NCBI GenBank assembly: GCA_963730185.1 | Contig: CAVSQW010000013.1 | Span: 151,245 to 215,244 of the forward strand | From: an uncultured Gemmatimonadales bacterium | GTDB lineage: Bacteria; Gemmatimonadota; Gemmatimonadetes; Gemmatimonadales; GWC2-71-9 | Reading direction: 5' to 3' | DNA: 64,000 nucleotides | In this document: in pieces, positions 21,034-31,373 of the stretch | Layout of the letters: every line of letters starts with the position of its first letter | Numbering within the stretch: the first letter of the stretch is position 1 | The notes under the pieces: generated by a model | What the model was told of the DNA's origin: nothing | The model's input: only the letters and a program-made list of their open reading frames with translations | Database searches by the model: none | Translations under genes and position numbers: made by a program

Positions 21034-23760
21034 ATGGGCTGGCGACGCGATCGATACCGGGACCTGGGCGAGGTGTTTCGCCGGGGAGACGTGGACCCCG
21101 AGGTCCGCGAGGAGCTCGAGCATCACCTGGCGTCCCGGATCGAGGAGAACGTCCGGGCCGGGATGAACCGCGAGGCGGCGGTGGCCGAGGCGACCCGTCG
21201 GTTCGGCGACCTGGATCGCTATCGGCGAGAAACCGGCGACATCGAGCGGGGCCACCGGAGCTCTCTCCGTCGCCGCGAACGCCTCGCCCTGGCCCTCCAG
21301 GAGGCGCGCCGCGCGGTCCGAGCGCTGCTCCGGACCCCGACCTTCACGATCGCGGCGATCGCGACGCTGGCCATCGGCATCGGCGGCAGCACCGCCATCT
21401 TCACGCTCGTCGATGCGATCGCGCTCCGCCCGCTCGCCTATCCCGACGCCGGACGTCTGGTGCGGATCTACCACCCGGTGCCCAAGGTCGGGCCCGGCGC
21501 CCGCTGGGGGATCTCGGCCGCCGAGTTCTTCCATTTCCAGCAGAACGCCCGCACCCTGGCGGCGATCGGGGTGGCGCGGACCATGCGTTTCAACCTCGGT
21601 GGGGCGGGCCGGGCCTCCCAGGTAAACAGCGGGCTCGTCTCGGCGAGCCTGCTGCCGTTGCTGGGCGTTCGGCCGGTGCTGGGGCGCCTCCTGACGGCCG
21701 ACGACAACCGCCGGGGCAAGCTCGACGAGGTGCTCCTGAGCGAGCGGATCTGGCGGGAGCAATTCGGTGCGGATTCGGCGCTGGTCGGCTCGACGGTCCG
21801 GGTCGAGGGAAACGACGCTCTGGTAGTGGGCGTGGTGACCGGCGCGGGCCTCCCGGGTGAGGCGATCGACCTGTGGCTGCCCCAACCGCTCGATCCCGCG
21901 GCCGAGGCGCGGAACGATCACGGTGAGTACGCGATCGGGCGCCTGGCCGACGGGGTGACCCTGGCCCAGGCGGAAGCGGAACTCAAGGGGTTCCTGGCCC
22001 GCTATACCGAGATTTTCCCATCGGCTTACAACCAGACCTTCATGGACCGGACCGGCTTCACCCTCGAGCTGGTGCCGCTCAAGACCGACCTGGTGGGCGG
22101 CACGGCCCGGGTGCTCTGGGTGCTCCTGGCCGCGGTGGGTCTGGTGCTGATCATCGCCTGCTTCAACATCGGGAACCTCTTCCTGGTCCGGGTCCACGCC
22201 CGGCGCCGGGAGGTGGCGGTCCGGTCGGTGCTCGGGGCTAGTCGGGGCCAGCTGGCCTGGCATCATCTCAGCGAGAGCTTGCTACTGTCGCTGGCGGCCG
22301 GTGCCCTCGGGCTGGGGTTGGCCTGGGCCGGTCTCCATGCCTTTCTCGGCGCGGTGCCCAGCGGCCGGGAGCCGGGGGTGGCCGCATTGCTTCCCCGACT
22401 GGCCGAAGTGCATCTCGGCCCCGCCGGTGTGGCGTTCGGGCTCGGTGTGGCGGTGGCGGCCGGCCTGGTGTTCGGGCTGGCGCCGATGTTCGTGTCGTTT
22501 CGCTGGTCGGAGGTGCTTCGCCAAGCGGGGCGGGGCATCACGCCCTCGCGGCGGGAAGCTCGGGTCCGCGGGGGGCTGGTGGTGGCCCAGATCGTCCTGG
22601 CGGTGGTCCTGCTGGCCGGCGCCGGGCTGATGCTCGAGACCGTCGCCCAGCTCCGCGCGGTCAAGCCCGGGTTCGCGCCCGACGGGGTGCTGGCCGTCGA
22701 TCTCGCGCTGCCCTACGCGCGCTATCGAACGTACGCGGAGTCGGCCACCTTCTTCGACGAGCTGATCCGGCGGATCGAGGCGCTGCCCGGAGTGGCCCGA
22801 GCGGCGGCCGGCTCCGACGTGCCCCTGGAGATGACCGGTGCCGGGTGTGCCATCATGGCTGCCGAGGCGCGGGCACCGGACGCCGAGACGCCCTGCGTTC
22901 CGACCGCCGTGGTGAGCCCCGGATACTTCGCCGCGCTCGGCATCGACGTGGACGGGCGCGAGGCTACCTGGGCCGAAGCCACCACGGCTCAGGCCGGCGC
23001 GCTCCTGACCGAGCCGCTGGCCCGGCGGATCTGGGGCGACCGGAAGCCCCTCGGGTTGGGCGTCAAGGTCGACGGGGTGAACCGTCCCCCGTTCTTCCCG
23101 GTAGTGGGGGTGGTGCGGGGGGTCCATTTCGCGGGCCTCGAGCAGCCGCCGGGCGAGGTGGTGTTTTACCCGCTCCAGCCGGTCGCCGGCACGAGCCTTT
23201 GGGAGCCGCCCCACCGGATGACCCTCCTGGTCCGCGCCGCGGGCGTCCTGCCCGGCTCCCTCGAGGGCCCGGTGGAGCGGGTGGTGCGCGCCATGGACCC
23301 GGATGCGGCGTTGGCGCATGGCCGGACCATGACGGAGGTCATGGCCCGTTCCACGCTCCGGGTTCGACTGGTCACCGTGCTGCTCGTCCTCACCGCCCTG
23401 GTCGCGCTTCTCTTGAGCGGGATCGGCCTCTACGGCGTCATTGCCTATCTGGTGGGACGCCGGGCCTCCGAGATCGGCATTCGGATCGCGCTTGGCGCCC
23501 CGGTCGCGACGGTGCGCCGGCAGGTCGTGCTCGAGTCGACCCGGCTCGCGGGTCTCGGCGTCGGGCTGGGCGCGGTCGCGGCGTTCGGTGCGACCCGGCT
23601 GCTCCGCGCGATGCTGTTCGGGGTCGAGCCGGGCGATCCGCTGGTGCTCGGCGGCGCGGTGACGCTGTTGCTGGCGGTGGCGATCGTGGCGAGCCTGGTG
23701 CCCGCCCGCCGCGCCAGTCTCGTCGATCCGGCTCAGGTGCTTCGCGAAGGCGGCTCGTAA
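21034..23760 (+). CDS. ADOP family duplicated ABC permease
   Basis: N-terminal EELEHHL...RRFG prefix, two FtsX-type halves, downstream of padR. Confidence 0.92.
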   Translation: MGWRRDRYRDLGEVFRRGDVDPEVREELEHHLASRIEENVRAGMNREAAVAEATRRFGDLDRYRRETGDIERGHRSSLRRRERLALALQEARRAVRALLRTPTFTIAAIATLAIGIGGSTAIFTLVDAIALRPLAYPDAGRLVRIYHPVPKVGPGARWGISAAEFFHFQQNARTLAAIGVARTMRFNLGGAGRASQVNSGLVSASLLPLLGVRPVLGRLLTADDNRRGKLDEVLLSERIWREQFGADSALVGSTVRVEGNDALVVGVVTGAGLPGEAIDLWLPQPLDPAAEARNDHGEYAIGRLADGVTLAQAEAELKGFLARYTEIFPSAYNQTFMDRTGFTLELVPLKTDLVGGTARVLWVLLAAVGLVLIIACFNIGNLFLVRVHARRREVAVRSVLGASRGQLAWHHLSESLLLSLAAGALGLGLAWAGLHAFLGAVPSGREPGVAALLPRLAEVHLGPAGVAFGLGVAVAAGLVFGLAPMFVSFRWSEVLRQAGRGITPSRREARVRGGLVVAQIVLAVVLLAGAGLMLETVAQLRAVKPGFAPDGVLAVDLALPYARYRTYAESATFFDELIRRIEALPGVARAAAGSDVPLEMTGAGCAIMAAEARAPDAETPCVPTAVVSPGYFAALGIDVDGREATWAEATTAQAGALLTEPLARRIWGDRKPLGLGVKVDGVNRPPFFPVVGVVRGVHFAGLEQPPGEVVFYPLQPVAGTSLWEPPHRMTLLVRAAGVLPGSLEGPVERVVRAMDPDAALAHGRTMTEVMARSTLRVRLVTVLLVLTALVALLLSGIGLYGVIAYLVGRRASEIGIRIALGAPVATVRRQVVLESTRLAGLGVGLGAVAAFGATRLLRAMLFGVEPGDPLVLGGAVTLLLAVAIVASLVPARRASLVDPAQVLREGGS

Positions 23761-23842
23761 GCCGATCGTCGCGTTTCTGGCTATTGCTTCTCCCGATGGC
23801 GGGTTCGTACTTTTCACCAACCCACACGGGAGAACCCGCCGG

Positions 23843-24964
23843 ATGTCGGAATCTTTCCGAAGCTCCGACGAGTACGACGAACAAGCCCATCAGCTCTACA
23901 ATCAAGGTCGGTACGATGAAGCCCTCGAGGTCTTGAAGGACGGCCTGGCCGTCTATCCCTCGGCCGTGGAGCTCCACGTCGGCCTGGGATACGCCTACCT
24001 GGCCAGGGAGGAGTACGTCTGGGCCCGTCAGGGCTTCGTGCAAGCCTTGGCACTCGAGCCCGATCACGAGGACGCGCTGGCCGGGTTCGGCGAGACTCTG
24101 CTCCGGGTCGGCGACCGCGCAGGCGCGGTCCGGGCCTTCAGCCGGATCCTGGAACTGGGCTTCCAGGAGGATCACGACCTGATGCTGCAGGTGGGCCGGG
24201 CCCTGTTCCGCGACGGGCTGCTCGCGCACGCGCATCGTTTCTTCGAGCTGGCCGTGGCCGCCGAGCCCGAGTGCCAGGAGGCCGCGGCCTGTATCGGCTA
24301 TGTGTCCCACCGGCTGGGGCACGAGGCGGCTGCCCTGTTCTGGCTCCGCCGGGCCCTGGAGCTGGAGACCGGCTTCGCGGAGCCCCGGGTCTACCTCGCC
24401 AACCTGCTCTATGATCGGGGAGAGAGCGCCGCGGCGCTCCACCACTTCGAGCGGACCGCGCCCGAGGAACACTTCGAGGAGCTGGGGATCTATCGGACGA
24501 TCGAGCTCCGCCGAACGTTCTATCGCCTCGCCGACGACGATCCCTCGCTGGTGCCCTGGTACCACCGGCTGAGCGAGCTGATCGGCGAGAGCGATCCGGT
24601 CGACGACCTCCTGGCCGAGATCGAGTCGGTGCAGGCCGACGGCTCGATCCGTGATCCTCACCAGCTGGAGTTGTTCGGCGCGCTCCTGAGCGAGCCGCTC
24701 CAGATGCAGCGCCGCCCGGCCCGGAGCGACCATCACCAAGTGGCGACGGTCTGGGGCCAGACGTTCCGCGGCACCTGGGAGGAGATCCTGGACCAGCTCA
24801 AGGCCAGCGACCGGGGCGCCCAGTCTCAGACCATGTCGGAGTTCATGCAGGGATTCGCCAGGCGCAGCAGGGAAGAGACCGGCGTCATGGTCCCCGTCAC
24901 CGACGCCCAGGCGTTCATCGAGGGGGGCGTCGAAGCGGGGGTGTTGAGAGTGATTGGTGGCTAG
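23843..24964 (+). CDS. Tetratricopeptide repeat protein
   Basis: Repeated TPR-like helices (QGRYDEALEVL, ALALEPDH, RALELE). Confidence 0.8.
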   Translation: MSESFRSSDEYDEQAHQLYNQGRYDEALEVLKDGLAVYPSAVELHVGLGYAYLAREEYVWARQGFVQALALEPDHEDALAGFGETLLRVGDRAGAVRAFSRILELGFQEDHDLMLQVGRALFRDGLLAHAHRFFELAVAAEPECQEAAACIGYVSHRLGHEAAALFWLRRALELETGFAEPRVYLANLLYDRGESAAALHHFERTAPEEHFEELGIYRTIELRRTFYRLADDDPSLVPWYHRLSELIGESDPVDDLLAEIESVQADGSIRDPHQLELFGALLSEPLQMQRRPARSDHHQVATVWGQTFRGTWEEILDQLKASDRGAQSQTMSEFMQGFARRSREETGVMVPVTDAQAFIEGGVEAGVLRVIGG

Positions 24965-25210
24965 GGGGATTGGGAGTGGTGAGTTGGGAGTGGGGAGTAG
25001 GGAGGGAGTCGTGAGTTGGCACTAGGGATGTCGGGAGCATACCTACTTTCCACGCCAGCTCCCGGCTACTCCCTACTCCCGACTCGCCACTCCCTCCTAC
25101 TCCCGACCCACCACTCCCTCCCTACTCCCTACTCCCAACTCACCACTCCCTCCCTATTCACCACTCCCTATTCACCGCTCCCTAGCATCCCTAGCATCCC
25201 TAGCATCCCT
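24965..25210. repeat. Heptamer repeat element (G-rich then C-rich arm) ending in three tandem CTAGCATCCC 10-mers
   Basis: GGGAGTGGTGAGTTGGGAGTGGGGAGTAGGGAGGGAG...CCCTACTCCCTACTCCCAACTCACCACTCCC; 10-mer x3 near 25180-25210. Confidence 0.85.
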
Positions 25211-25244
25211 GGCGTTCCCCCGTCGGTCCCGCTTGCTTCCCACC

Positions 25245-27854
25245 ATGACATCAGGCGTCTTCAACTGGACCGCGGGCGTGCAGCGGGCGGTCCTGCCGAA
25301 TGGGTTGACGGTGTTGGCGCAGTACGATCGCGATGCCCCCGCGGTGGGCGTGGTGACCCACGTCCGGGCCGGCTTCTTCGACGAGCCGGACCGGTGGCAG
25401 GGGATCAGCCACGTGCTCGAGCACATGTTCTTCAAAGGCACCCCGACCCGGGGACCCGGGCAGATCGCCACCGAGACCAAGGCTCTGGGGGGGTACCTCA
25501 ACGCCTCCACCAGCTACGACTCGACCAGCTACTACGTGGTGCTGCCGGCGGCCGGGTTCGACCGGGCGCTGGCGATCCAGGCCGACGCGCTCCGGCACGC
25601 CCTGGTCGACGCCGACGAGCTGGCCCGGGAGCTCCGGGTCATCATCGAGGAGGCCAAGCGGAAGCTCGATTCCGCTTCCGCGGTGACCTACGAGACGCTC
25701 CACGCCGTGCTGTTCGATCGGCACCGGATTCGCCGCTGGCGGATCGGGGTCGAGGAGCAGTTGGCCGGGTTCGGTCGGGAGGACGTGGCCGGCTACTACC
25801 GGTCTCGCTACGTGCCGGAGCGGGTGATCGTCGCGGTGGTGGGGCCGGTGCCGGTCGACGAGGTGTTCCGACAGGTCGAGGCCCGGTACGGCGACTGGTC
25901 GGCCGCGCCCGGGGCGGTGGACCGGTCGCCCGAGGAGCCCTGGCGCCGCGAGGTGCGGGCCCGGACCCTCCGGGGCGACGTGACGCAGGCGGAGCTGGCG
26001 GTGGGGTGGCGGGGGCTCCCGGCTCTCCACCCCAAGGCCGCGTCGCTCGATCTCGCGGCCATCGTGCTCGGCTCCGGCCGGGGCAGCTGGCTCTATCGGG
26101 CGCTCCGGCAAACCGGCCTGGTGACCTCGATCGGGGCCTACCACTACTCGCCGTCCGAGGTCGGGGTCTTCTCGGTGGCCGCCGACCTCGACCCGGCCCG
26201 GCTCGCGCCCGCGCTCGACGGTGTCGCGGCCGGGGTCGCCGCCCTGCGGATCGAGGGACCCTCCGAGATTCACCTGACCCGGGCCCGGACGCTGCTCACG
26301 GCGCAGTGGGCTCGTCGGTTCGAATCGGTCGAGGGCCGGGCCAGCGCGTTCGCGGCGGCCGAGGCCTATGGCGGACTCGACGTGCTGGAGCAGGAGTTTG
26401 CGGCGATCCTCGCCGCGACGCCGGCGTCGGTGCGGCAGGCGGCGGAAGCCTATCTCGGCCCGGATCGGGCCGGGGCAGTGGCATATCTGCCCGAGGGGCG
26501 GGGCACCGACCTGACCGCCGAGATGCTGGCCGCCGCCCTGGAGAGGAACGCTCCGGCGACCCGCCCGAACGGTGGTCCGCCCCCGATTCCCGCGACTCGT
26601 CCCCGCCGATCGGGCCGGGGGCGGGTCACGGCCGACGTGGAGCACTTGGCCCTTCCGGGGGCCGACCTCCTGGTCCGGCGCAAGACCGGCGTACCCCTGG
26701 TGTCGCTCGGCGTGTACCGACTCCGGCAGCTGGTGGAGCCGAAGGCCGAGGCCGGCTTGGGCGCCCTGGCGGTGAGGGCGTCCGCCCGGGGCGCCGGCGA
26801 TCTCGATGCCGGCCGACTGGCGGATGCGTTCGAGGCCCTGGGCGGCAGCCTGAGCGGCAGCGTCGCGGCCGACTGGTTCGGCTTCTCGACCTCGGTGCTC
26901 CGGGACGGACTCCTCCCGGCGGCGACACTGCTCCGGACCGTGCTGTCGTCGCCCCGGTTCGAGGGAGCGGAGGTGGAGCGGGAGCGGGCCACCCTGGCCG
27001 ACGAGGTGGCCCAGAGCTCGGACGACATGTTTCGTCACCCGATCGAGCTGGGGCTGGCCGCCGCCTTCGGCGACCATCGCTACGGGATGCCGGTCAAGGG
27101 ATGGCCGGAGTCGGTGCGCGGGCTCTCGACCGAGCAGGTCCGGGCCTGGCACGGGGGCGAGCTGGCCCGGGGAAGGACCACCGTGGTGGCGGTGGGCGAC
27201 CTGGACCGGGGCGAGGCGCTCGATCTCCTGGCGGGGGTGTTTGAGGGGTTGGCGGCGCCGGCCGTGGCCGGGGAGCCGACGGTGCCGGCCGGCCTCGCCG
27301 CCGGCGAACGGGTGGAGCATCGGGCCAAGTCCCAGTCCGCCCTGGCGATGGTGTTCCCGGGGCCCGGACGGGTCGACCCCGACCGGCACGCAGCCCAGGT
27401 CCTCTCCGCGATCGCGAGCGGGCTCGGGGGGCGGCTGTTCCAGGCCCTTCGCGACCGGAGATCCCTGGCCTACACGGTGCTGATGTCGAGCTGGCAGCGG
27501 CGGGGGACGGGCGCTCTGGTGACCTACATCGCGACCTCGCCCGACCGGGAGGAAGAGGCCCGGGCCGCCATGCTGAGCGAGCTGGCCCGGTTCCGGGAGG
27601 AGCTGGTGGAGCCGCACGAGCTGGAGGACGCGGTGAACTACCTGGCCGGTCAGACCGAGGTGCAGCGCCAGACCGCCGGCGCGATCGGGGCCGAGATCCT
27701 GGATGCCTGGCTGATCGGGACGGGACTCGACGAGCTGCGGGATCCGACGGCGGGATTCCGGGTCGTAACCCGCGACCGGGTTCGGGCGGTGGCCGAGGCG
27801 TCGCTGGTGGCCGACCGCCGGGCCGAGGGAGTGGTGCGGGGCCGGATCGGTTAG
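25245..27854 (+). CDS. M16 family (pitrilysin-like) zinc peptidase, fused two-subunit form
   Basis: HVLEHMFFKGT inverted HxxEH motif, GGYLNASTS, LRDRRSLAY. Confidence 0.92.
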   Translation: MTSGVFNWTAGVQRAVLPNGLTVLAQYDRDAPAVGVVTHVRAGFFDEPDRWQGISHVLEHMFFKGTPTRGPGQIATETKALGGYLNASTSYDSTSYYVVLPAAGFDRALAIQADALRHALVDADELARELRVIIEEAKRKLDSASAVTYETLHAVLFDRHRIRRWRIGVEEQLAGFGREDVAGYYRSRYVPERVIVAVVGPVPVDEVFRQVEARYGDWSAAPGAVDRSPEEPWRREVRARTLRGDVTQAELAVGWRGLPALHPKAASLDLAAIVLGSGRGSWLYRALRQTGLVTSIGAYHYSPSEVGVFSVAADLDPARLAPALDGVAAGVAALRIEGPSEIHLTRARTLLTAQWARRFESVEGRASAFAAAEAYGGLDVLEQEFAAILAATPASVRQAAEAYLGPDRAGAVAYLPEGRGTDLTAEMLAAALERNAPATRPNGGPPPIPATRPRRSGRGRVTADVEHLALPGADLLVRRKTGVPLVSLGVYRLRQLVEPKAEAGLGALAVRASARGAGDLDAGRLADAFEALGGSLSGSVAADWFGFSTSVLRDGLLPAATLLRTVLSSPRFEGAEVERERATLADEVAQSSDDMFRHPIELGLAAAFGDHRYGMPVKGWPESVRGLSTEQVRAWHGGELARGRTTVVAVGDLDRGEALDLLAGVFEGLAAPAVAGEPTVPAGLAAGERVEHRAKSQSALAMVFPGPGRVDPDRHAAQVLSAIASGLGGRLFQALRDRRSLAYTVLMSSWQRRGTGALVTYIATSPDREEEARAAMLSELARFREELVEPHELEDAVNYLAGQTEVQRQTAGAIGAEILDAWLIGTGLDELRDPTAGFRVVTRDRVRAVAEASLVADRRAEGVVRGRIG

Positions 27855-28309
27855 AACATCGACATCGCCAGCAGGCTCCGCATCTGCTCGTTGGCGGCCC
27901 GGAGCCGGCCCGAGAGCTGGCGGACCAGCGCCTTGAGGATCGCGTAGCCCATCTCGGGCTCGAACTCGAGCAGGAGCTCGAGGTCGGGCCGGGAGATGGT
28001 CACCAGGGTGCACGCGCCGTTGGCGATGGCGTCGGTGGAGCGGTGGGACCGATCGAAGACCGACATCTCGCCGAAGCAGGCCGGCCGTTTCAGGATGGCG
28101 AGCGCCTCCTCACCGGCGCCGGGCACGTTCCGACTGATCCGAACCTCGCCCTCGGCCACGAGGAAGAGGCGGTTGCCGGGTTCGCCTTCTTGGAAGACGA
28201 CCTCGCCGCCCTGATACTTTTGGGTCTTCGAAACCCCGGCGACGGCGTCGCGCTGGGCGTCCGTCAGGTCGGCGAAGAGAGCGCTTTCACGGAGTAGGGC
28301 AGCGAGCAT
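27851..28309 (-). CDS. Cyclic nucleotide-binding domain protein
   Basis: VFQEGEPG..LFLV..GEV, FGEMS...RS; no HTH seen. Confidence 0.88.
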   Translation of the reverse strand: MLAALLRESALFADLTDAQRDAVAGVSKTQKYQGGEVVFQEGEPGNRLFLVAEGEVRISRNVPGAGEEALAILKRPACFGEMSVFDRSHRSTDAIANGACTLVTISRPDLELLLEFEPEMGYAILKALVRQLSGRLRAANEQMRSLLAMSMF

Positions 28310-28313
28310 GGCG

Positions 28314-28889
28314 ATGGATTCCGCTCGGGAGGCCGATGCCGCGCAAAGTAGCCCGCGCGGATCGGAGCGACAAGCGCGCCGGTGGACGGTGGCCGACGCT
28401 CTGAGCGTGTCACGGATTCCGTTGGCGGCCCTGTTCGTGGTAGCGCCGGACCGGCCCTGGCGGATCGTGATCCTGGTGGCGGCCGGGGTCACCGATCTGG
28501 TCGACGGGGTCGTGGCCCGGCGCTGGGGTGGCTCCCGGCTTGGAGCGTTCCTCGATCCGGTGGCCGACAAGCTCTTCATGGCGGCCGCGTTCGGGGTGGT
28601 GCTCGTCTCGGGCCGGCTGCATCCGCTCGAGATCGTGGGGGTGCTGGCCCGCGACATCATGGCGGCGGCGGCGTTCGCCACCACCGTGGTGCTCCGCCGC
28701 CCTGCCTCGATCCCGGCCCGGGTGGGCGGCAAGATGGTGACGATTGGCCAGCTGCTCACGCTGCTGGCGTTTCTGACCGGGAGCGGCTATCTCCGCCCGA
28801 TGGCCTGGGCCACCGCCGGCATGGCGATCTACGCGATCTGGGACTACGCCCGAGTGGCCCTGCGCGACGCCCGCCGCCTGGACACCTGA
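28314..28889 (+). CDS. CDP-alcohol phosphatidyltransferase
   Basis: TDLVDGVVARRWG.SRLGAFLDPVADK signature; start uncertain. Confidence 0.88.
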   Translation: MDSAREADAAQSSPRGSERQARRWTVADALSVSRIPLAALFVVAPDRPWRIVILVAAGVTDLVDGVVARRWGGSRLGAFLDPVADKLFMAAAFGVVLVSGRLHPLEIVGVLARDIMAAAAFATTVVLRRPASIPARVGGKMVTIGQLLTLLAFLTGSGYLRPMAWATAGMAIYAIWDYARVALRDARRLDT

Positions 28890-28955
28890 CCTCGCCCCGA
28901 CTCACTATCCCCTATTCACTCCCTACTCCCTACTCCCTACTCACCAGTCCCTATC
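28890..28955. repeat. Heptamer repeat, C-rich arm only
   Basis: CACTCCCTACTCCCTACTCCCTACTCACCAGTCCCTA. Confidence 0.8.
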
Positions 28956-29366
28956 ATGTCCAATCTCCGAACCGTCTCCGTCGCCTGGCAGGGTGGCATG
29001 CGCTTCGCCGGCGGACCCCCTGACGGTCCGACGCTCCTGGTCGACGCCGACGTCGCCGACGCGCCCGGGCCGATGCATACCCTCCTGATCGCGGCCGCCG
29101 GCTGCTCCGGCTCCGACATCGTCGCGATGATGCCCAAGATGCAGGTGGCCCTGCGCCGGCTCGAGCTGGTGGTTACTGGCCTCCGGGCCGAGGATCACCC
29201 CCGGCGGTACCTGAAGCTGCATCTGGTGATCACCATGGCGGGCGACGGGCTCGACGAGGCCAAGGCCCGGCGGGCGATCGATCTCTCGGTCGAGAAGTAC
29301 TGCTCGGTGGTGAAGAGCCTGAACCCCGACATCCCAGTCAGCTACGACCTCGTGCTCGAGCCGTGA
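28956..29366 (+). CDS. OsmC family protein
   Basis: AAGCSGSDIV and SVEKYCSV two-Cys motifs. Confidence 0.9.
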   Translation: MSNLRTVSVAWQGGMRFAGGPPDGPTLLVDADVADAPGPMHTLLIAAAGCSGSDIVAMMPKMQVALRRLELVVTGLRAEDHPRRYLKLHLVITMAGDGLDEAKARRAIDLSVEKYCSVVKSLNPDIPVSYDLVLEP

Positions 29367-29815
29367 TCCGGCGGGTGGCCGTCGCCATTCTGGCGCTGGC
29401 CTCGGTCGCGCCGTCCCCGGTCCGAGCGCAGCGCCCGCCCTCATCGGTCGGGATCCAGGCGACTCTGGTAGGGAGCGATCCGGCCTTTGAGGGGGTGGGG
29501 GGCACGGTGGTGAAGGCGCTTGACCGCCAGCTCCGGCTCACGGCCGGGGCCACCGTCGGTCGGGCGGGGTCCGAGACGCGGGGCCGGGGCGAGCTGGCAC
29601 TGGAGTACCTGTTCGACCCGGCGACCCGCGGGTGGTCGCCGCGACTCGCCGGCGGAGTGGCCGGGGTGAGCGGCCCCCGCGGAGGCGGCTACGTGCTGCT
29701 GGAGGTTGGACTGGAACAACGGCCCCGCGATCGGACGGGATGGCGCATCGATCTCGGCGTCGGAGGCGGGGTGCGGGTGGCGGCGAGCTTCACATGGAGG
29801 CTCGGCCGACACTAG
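29363..29815 (+). CDS. Hypothetical exported (beta-strand-rich) protein
   Basis: GTGA overlap with osmC; signal peptide ending VRA-Q. Confidence 0.6.
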   Translation: MIRRVAVAILALASVAPSPVRAQRPPSSVGIQATLVGSDPAFEGVGGTVVKALDRQLRLTAGATVGRAGSETRGRGELALEYLFDPATRGWSPRLAGGVAGVSGPRGGGYVLLEVGLEQRPRDRTGWRIDLGVGGGVRVAASFTWRLGRH

Positions 29816-29900
29816 CGCCCGTCATCCTGACCGTCCTATCCCTGTTGCTGCTCTTCCCACCCGGCCGTCTCCTTTCTGGAGCCGGCCGGCGACTCACGGC

Positions 29901-30167
29901 TCAGGCGTTGGCCGGGACTTCGCGGCCATGGGGGACGACCGGCTTGCAGAAGCGCTCGCCCAACAGACGGACCTTACCCAACTCCTCTTCGGGGAGGTCC
30001 GGATACCGCTCGGCGAGATACTGCATGGTGTCGTCCATCCAGTCCTTCTGGTGCTCCGGTTCGGCCTCCACCACTCCACAACGGAGGATGTGGCTGAACA
30101 GCTCGTCGCGAGCCTGGTCGAAGCTCGAGGGGGCCTCGGTCCTGAGGGGTTTTCTCTTCGTCGTCAT
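29901..30167 (-). CDS. Hypothetical protein
   Basis: Good codon bias, purine-rich SD. Confidence 0.7.
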   Translation of the reverse strand: MTTKRKPLRTEAPSSFDQARDELFSHILRCGVVEAEPEHQKDWMDDTMQYLAERYPDLPEEELGKVRLLGERFCKPVVPHGREVPANA

Positions 30168-30354
30168 TTCCCTTCCTGGAAGAGTTCGGGTTGCGATATG
30201 TAACAGCTAGAAAAATATACACTTAGTCCCGAATGGAGGCAAACCGCCGGATTGGCTTCATCTGGCCCCCCGCTCCATTACATTTGCGAGTCGGAATGGG
30301 CCGGATTTTCGGATCGCGTGGAGGCCGCTCGCGCGCCGGTGGGCGGGTGAACAG

Positions 30355-30672
30355 ATGAGCGAGCACAGCGAGCATAGCGAGCACGACGAGATCTACGGAT
30401 CGGAGCGACAGGAGCGCCTCAAGGCGCTCTTGCGCGACCTCGCGGAGCGGATCCTGGACCTTGACGAGCGGGGCCAGCTGCTCGAGTCGGTGCCCGATTT
30501 GCTTCAGCGGATGGGCGACCTCCGCTCGGAGCTGTTCCACTACGAAGTGCGGTCGACGTACGACACCCCGGAGATCGCGGAGAATCGTCGGATCGTGGAC
30601 GAAGCTCTCCAGCCCCCGAACTTCACCCTGCCGGACCCCGAGGAAGACGAACCATGGCGTCCTCCCGAGTAA
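30355..30672 (+). CDS. Hypothetical acidic protein
   Basis: Good codon bias; precedes the DsbA gene. Confidence 0.7.
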   Translation: MSEHSEHSEHDEIYGSERQERLKALLRDLAERILDLDERGQLLESVPDLLQRMGDLRSELFHYEVRSTYDTPEIAENRRIVDEALQPPNFTLPDPEEDEPWRPPE

Positions 30673-31373
30673 AGAATCCGCCCCCGCCCCCACCGGCCCA
30701 GAAGAGCCCGGGTGGGTTCTACCTGCTGGTGGGTCTCCTGATCGTGATCGGGGGCGGCGGGCTCTACTACCTGGTCGGCCGTCCCAAGGACGTGAGCATC
30801 CCGGCCAACGTCACCGTGCTCGAGGCCGACACCGCCGGGTTCCGGGGGTACCTCCTGGGTTCCGATTCCGCCAAGCTCGAGATCTCCGAGTACGCCGACT
30901 ATCAGTGCCCCGGCTGCCAACAGTTCGAGATCATCCAGATGCCGACGATCAAGAAGGAGCTGATCGACCCGGGCCTGGTCCGGTGGCGCTATCGCGACTT
31001 CCCGCTCGACCAGATCCACTCCCACTCGCGGCTAGCGGCCCACAGCGCGGCCTGTGCCTCCGAGCAGGGCAAGTACTGGGAGCAGCACCGGGCGATCTAC
31101 GAGAGCCAGGCGGAGTGGGCGGCCGCCGCCAGCGCGGGGGCCTTCTTCCGGGCCGACGGGCAGAAGGTCGGCCTCGACCTCGCCAAGTACAACGAGTGCA
31201 TGACGTCGGCCCGGTACGCCGGCCGGATCGAGGCCAGTCTCCAGGAGGGTGTCAAGCTGGGCGTGAACGTTACCCCGACGCTCTTGATCAACGGGCGGCT
31301 CTATCCGGGGGCCCTTCCGTCCGACAGCCTGATTTCTCTGGTCAAGCACCTCGTGGCGCCAGCCGCTCCATGA
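30654..31373 (+). CDS. DsbA family thioredoxin-domain protein
   Basis: EYADYQCPGC, YRDFPL, GVNVTPTLLING; N-terminal TM anchor. Confidence 0.9.
   Translation: MASSRVKNPPPPPPAQKSPGGFYLLVGLLIVIGGGGLYYLVGRPKDVSIPANVTVLEADTAGFRGYLLGSDSAKLEISEYADYQCPGCQQFEIIQMPTIKKELIDPGLVRWRYRDFPLDQIHSHSRLAAHSAACASEQGKYWEQHRAIYESQAEWAAAASAGAFFRADGQKVGLDLAKYNECMTSARYAGRIEASLQEGVKLGVNVTPTLLINGRLYPGALPSDSLISLVKHLVAPAAP

Noticed and set aside
28307..28316. Divergent genes sharing an overlapping CATG start
   Set aside because: The phosphatidyltransferase start is uncertain and probably lies further downstream, so the overlap cannot be supported
30355..30390. SEH-SEH tandem codon repeat
   Set aside because: Short low-complexity N-terminus with no further support
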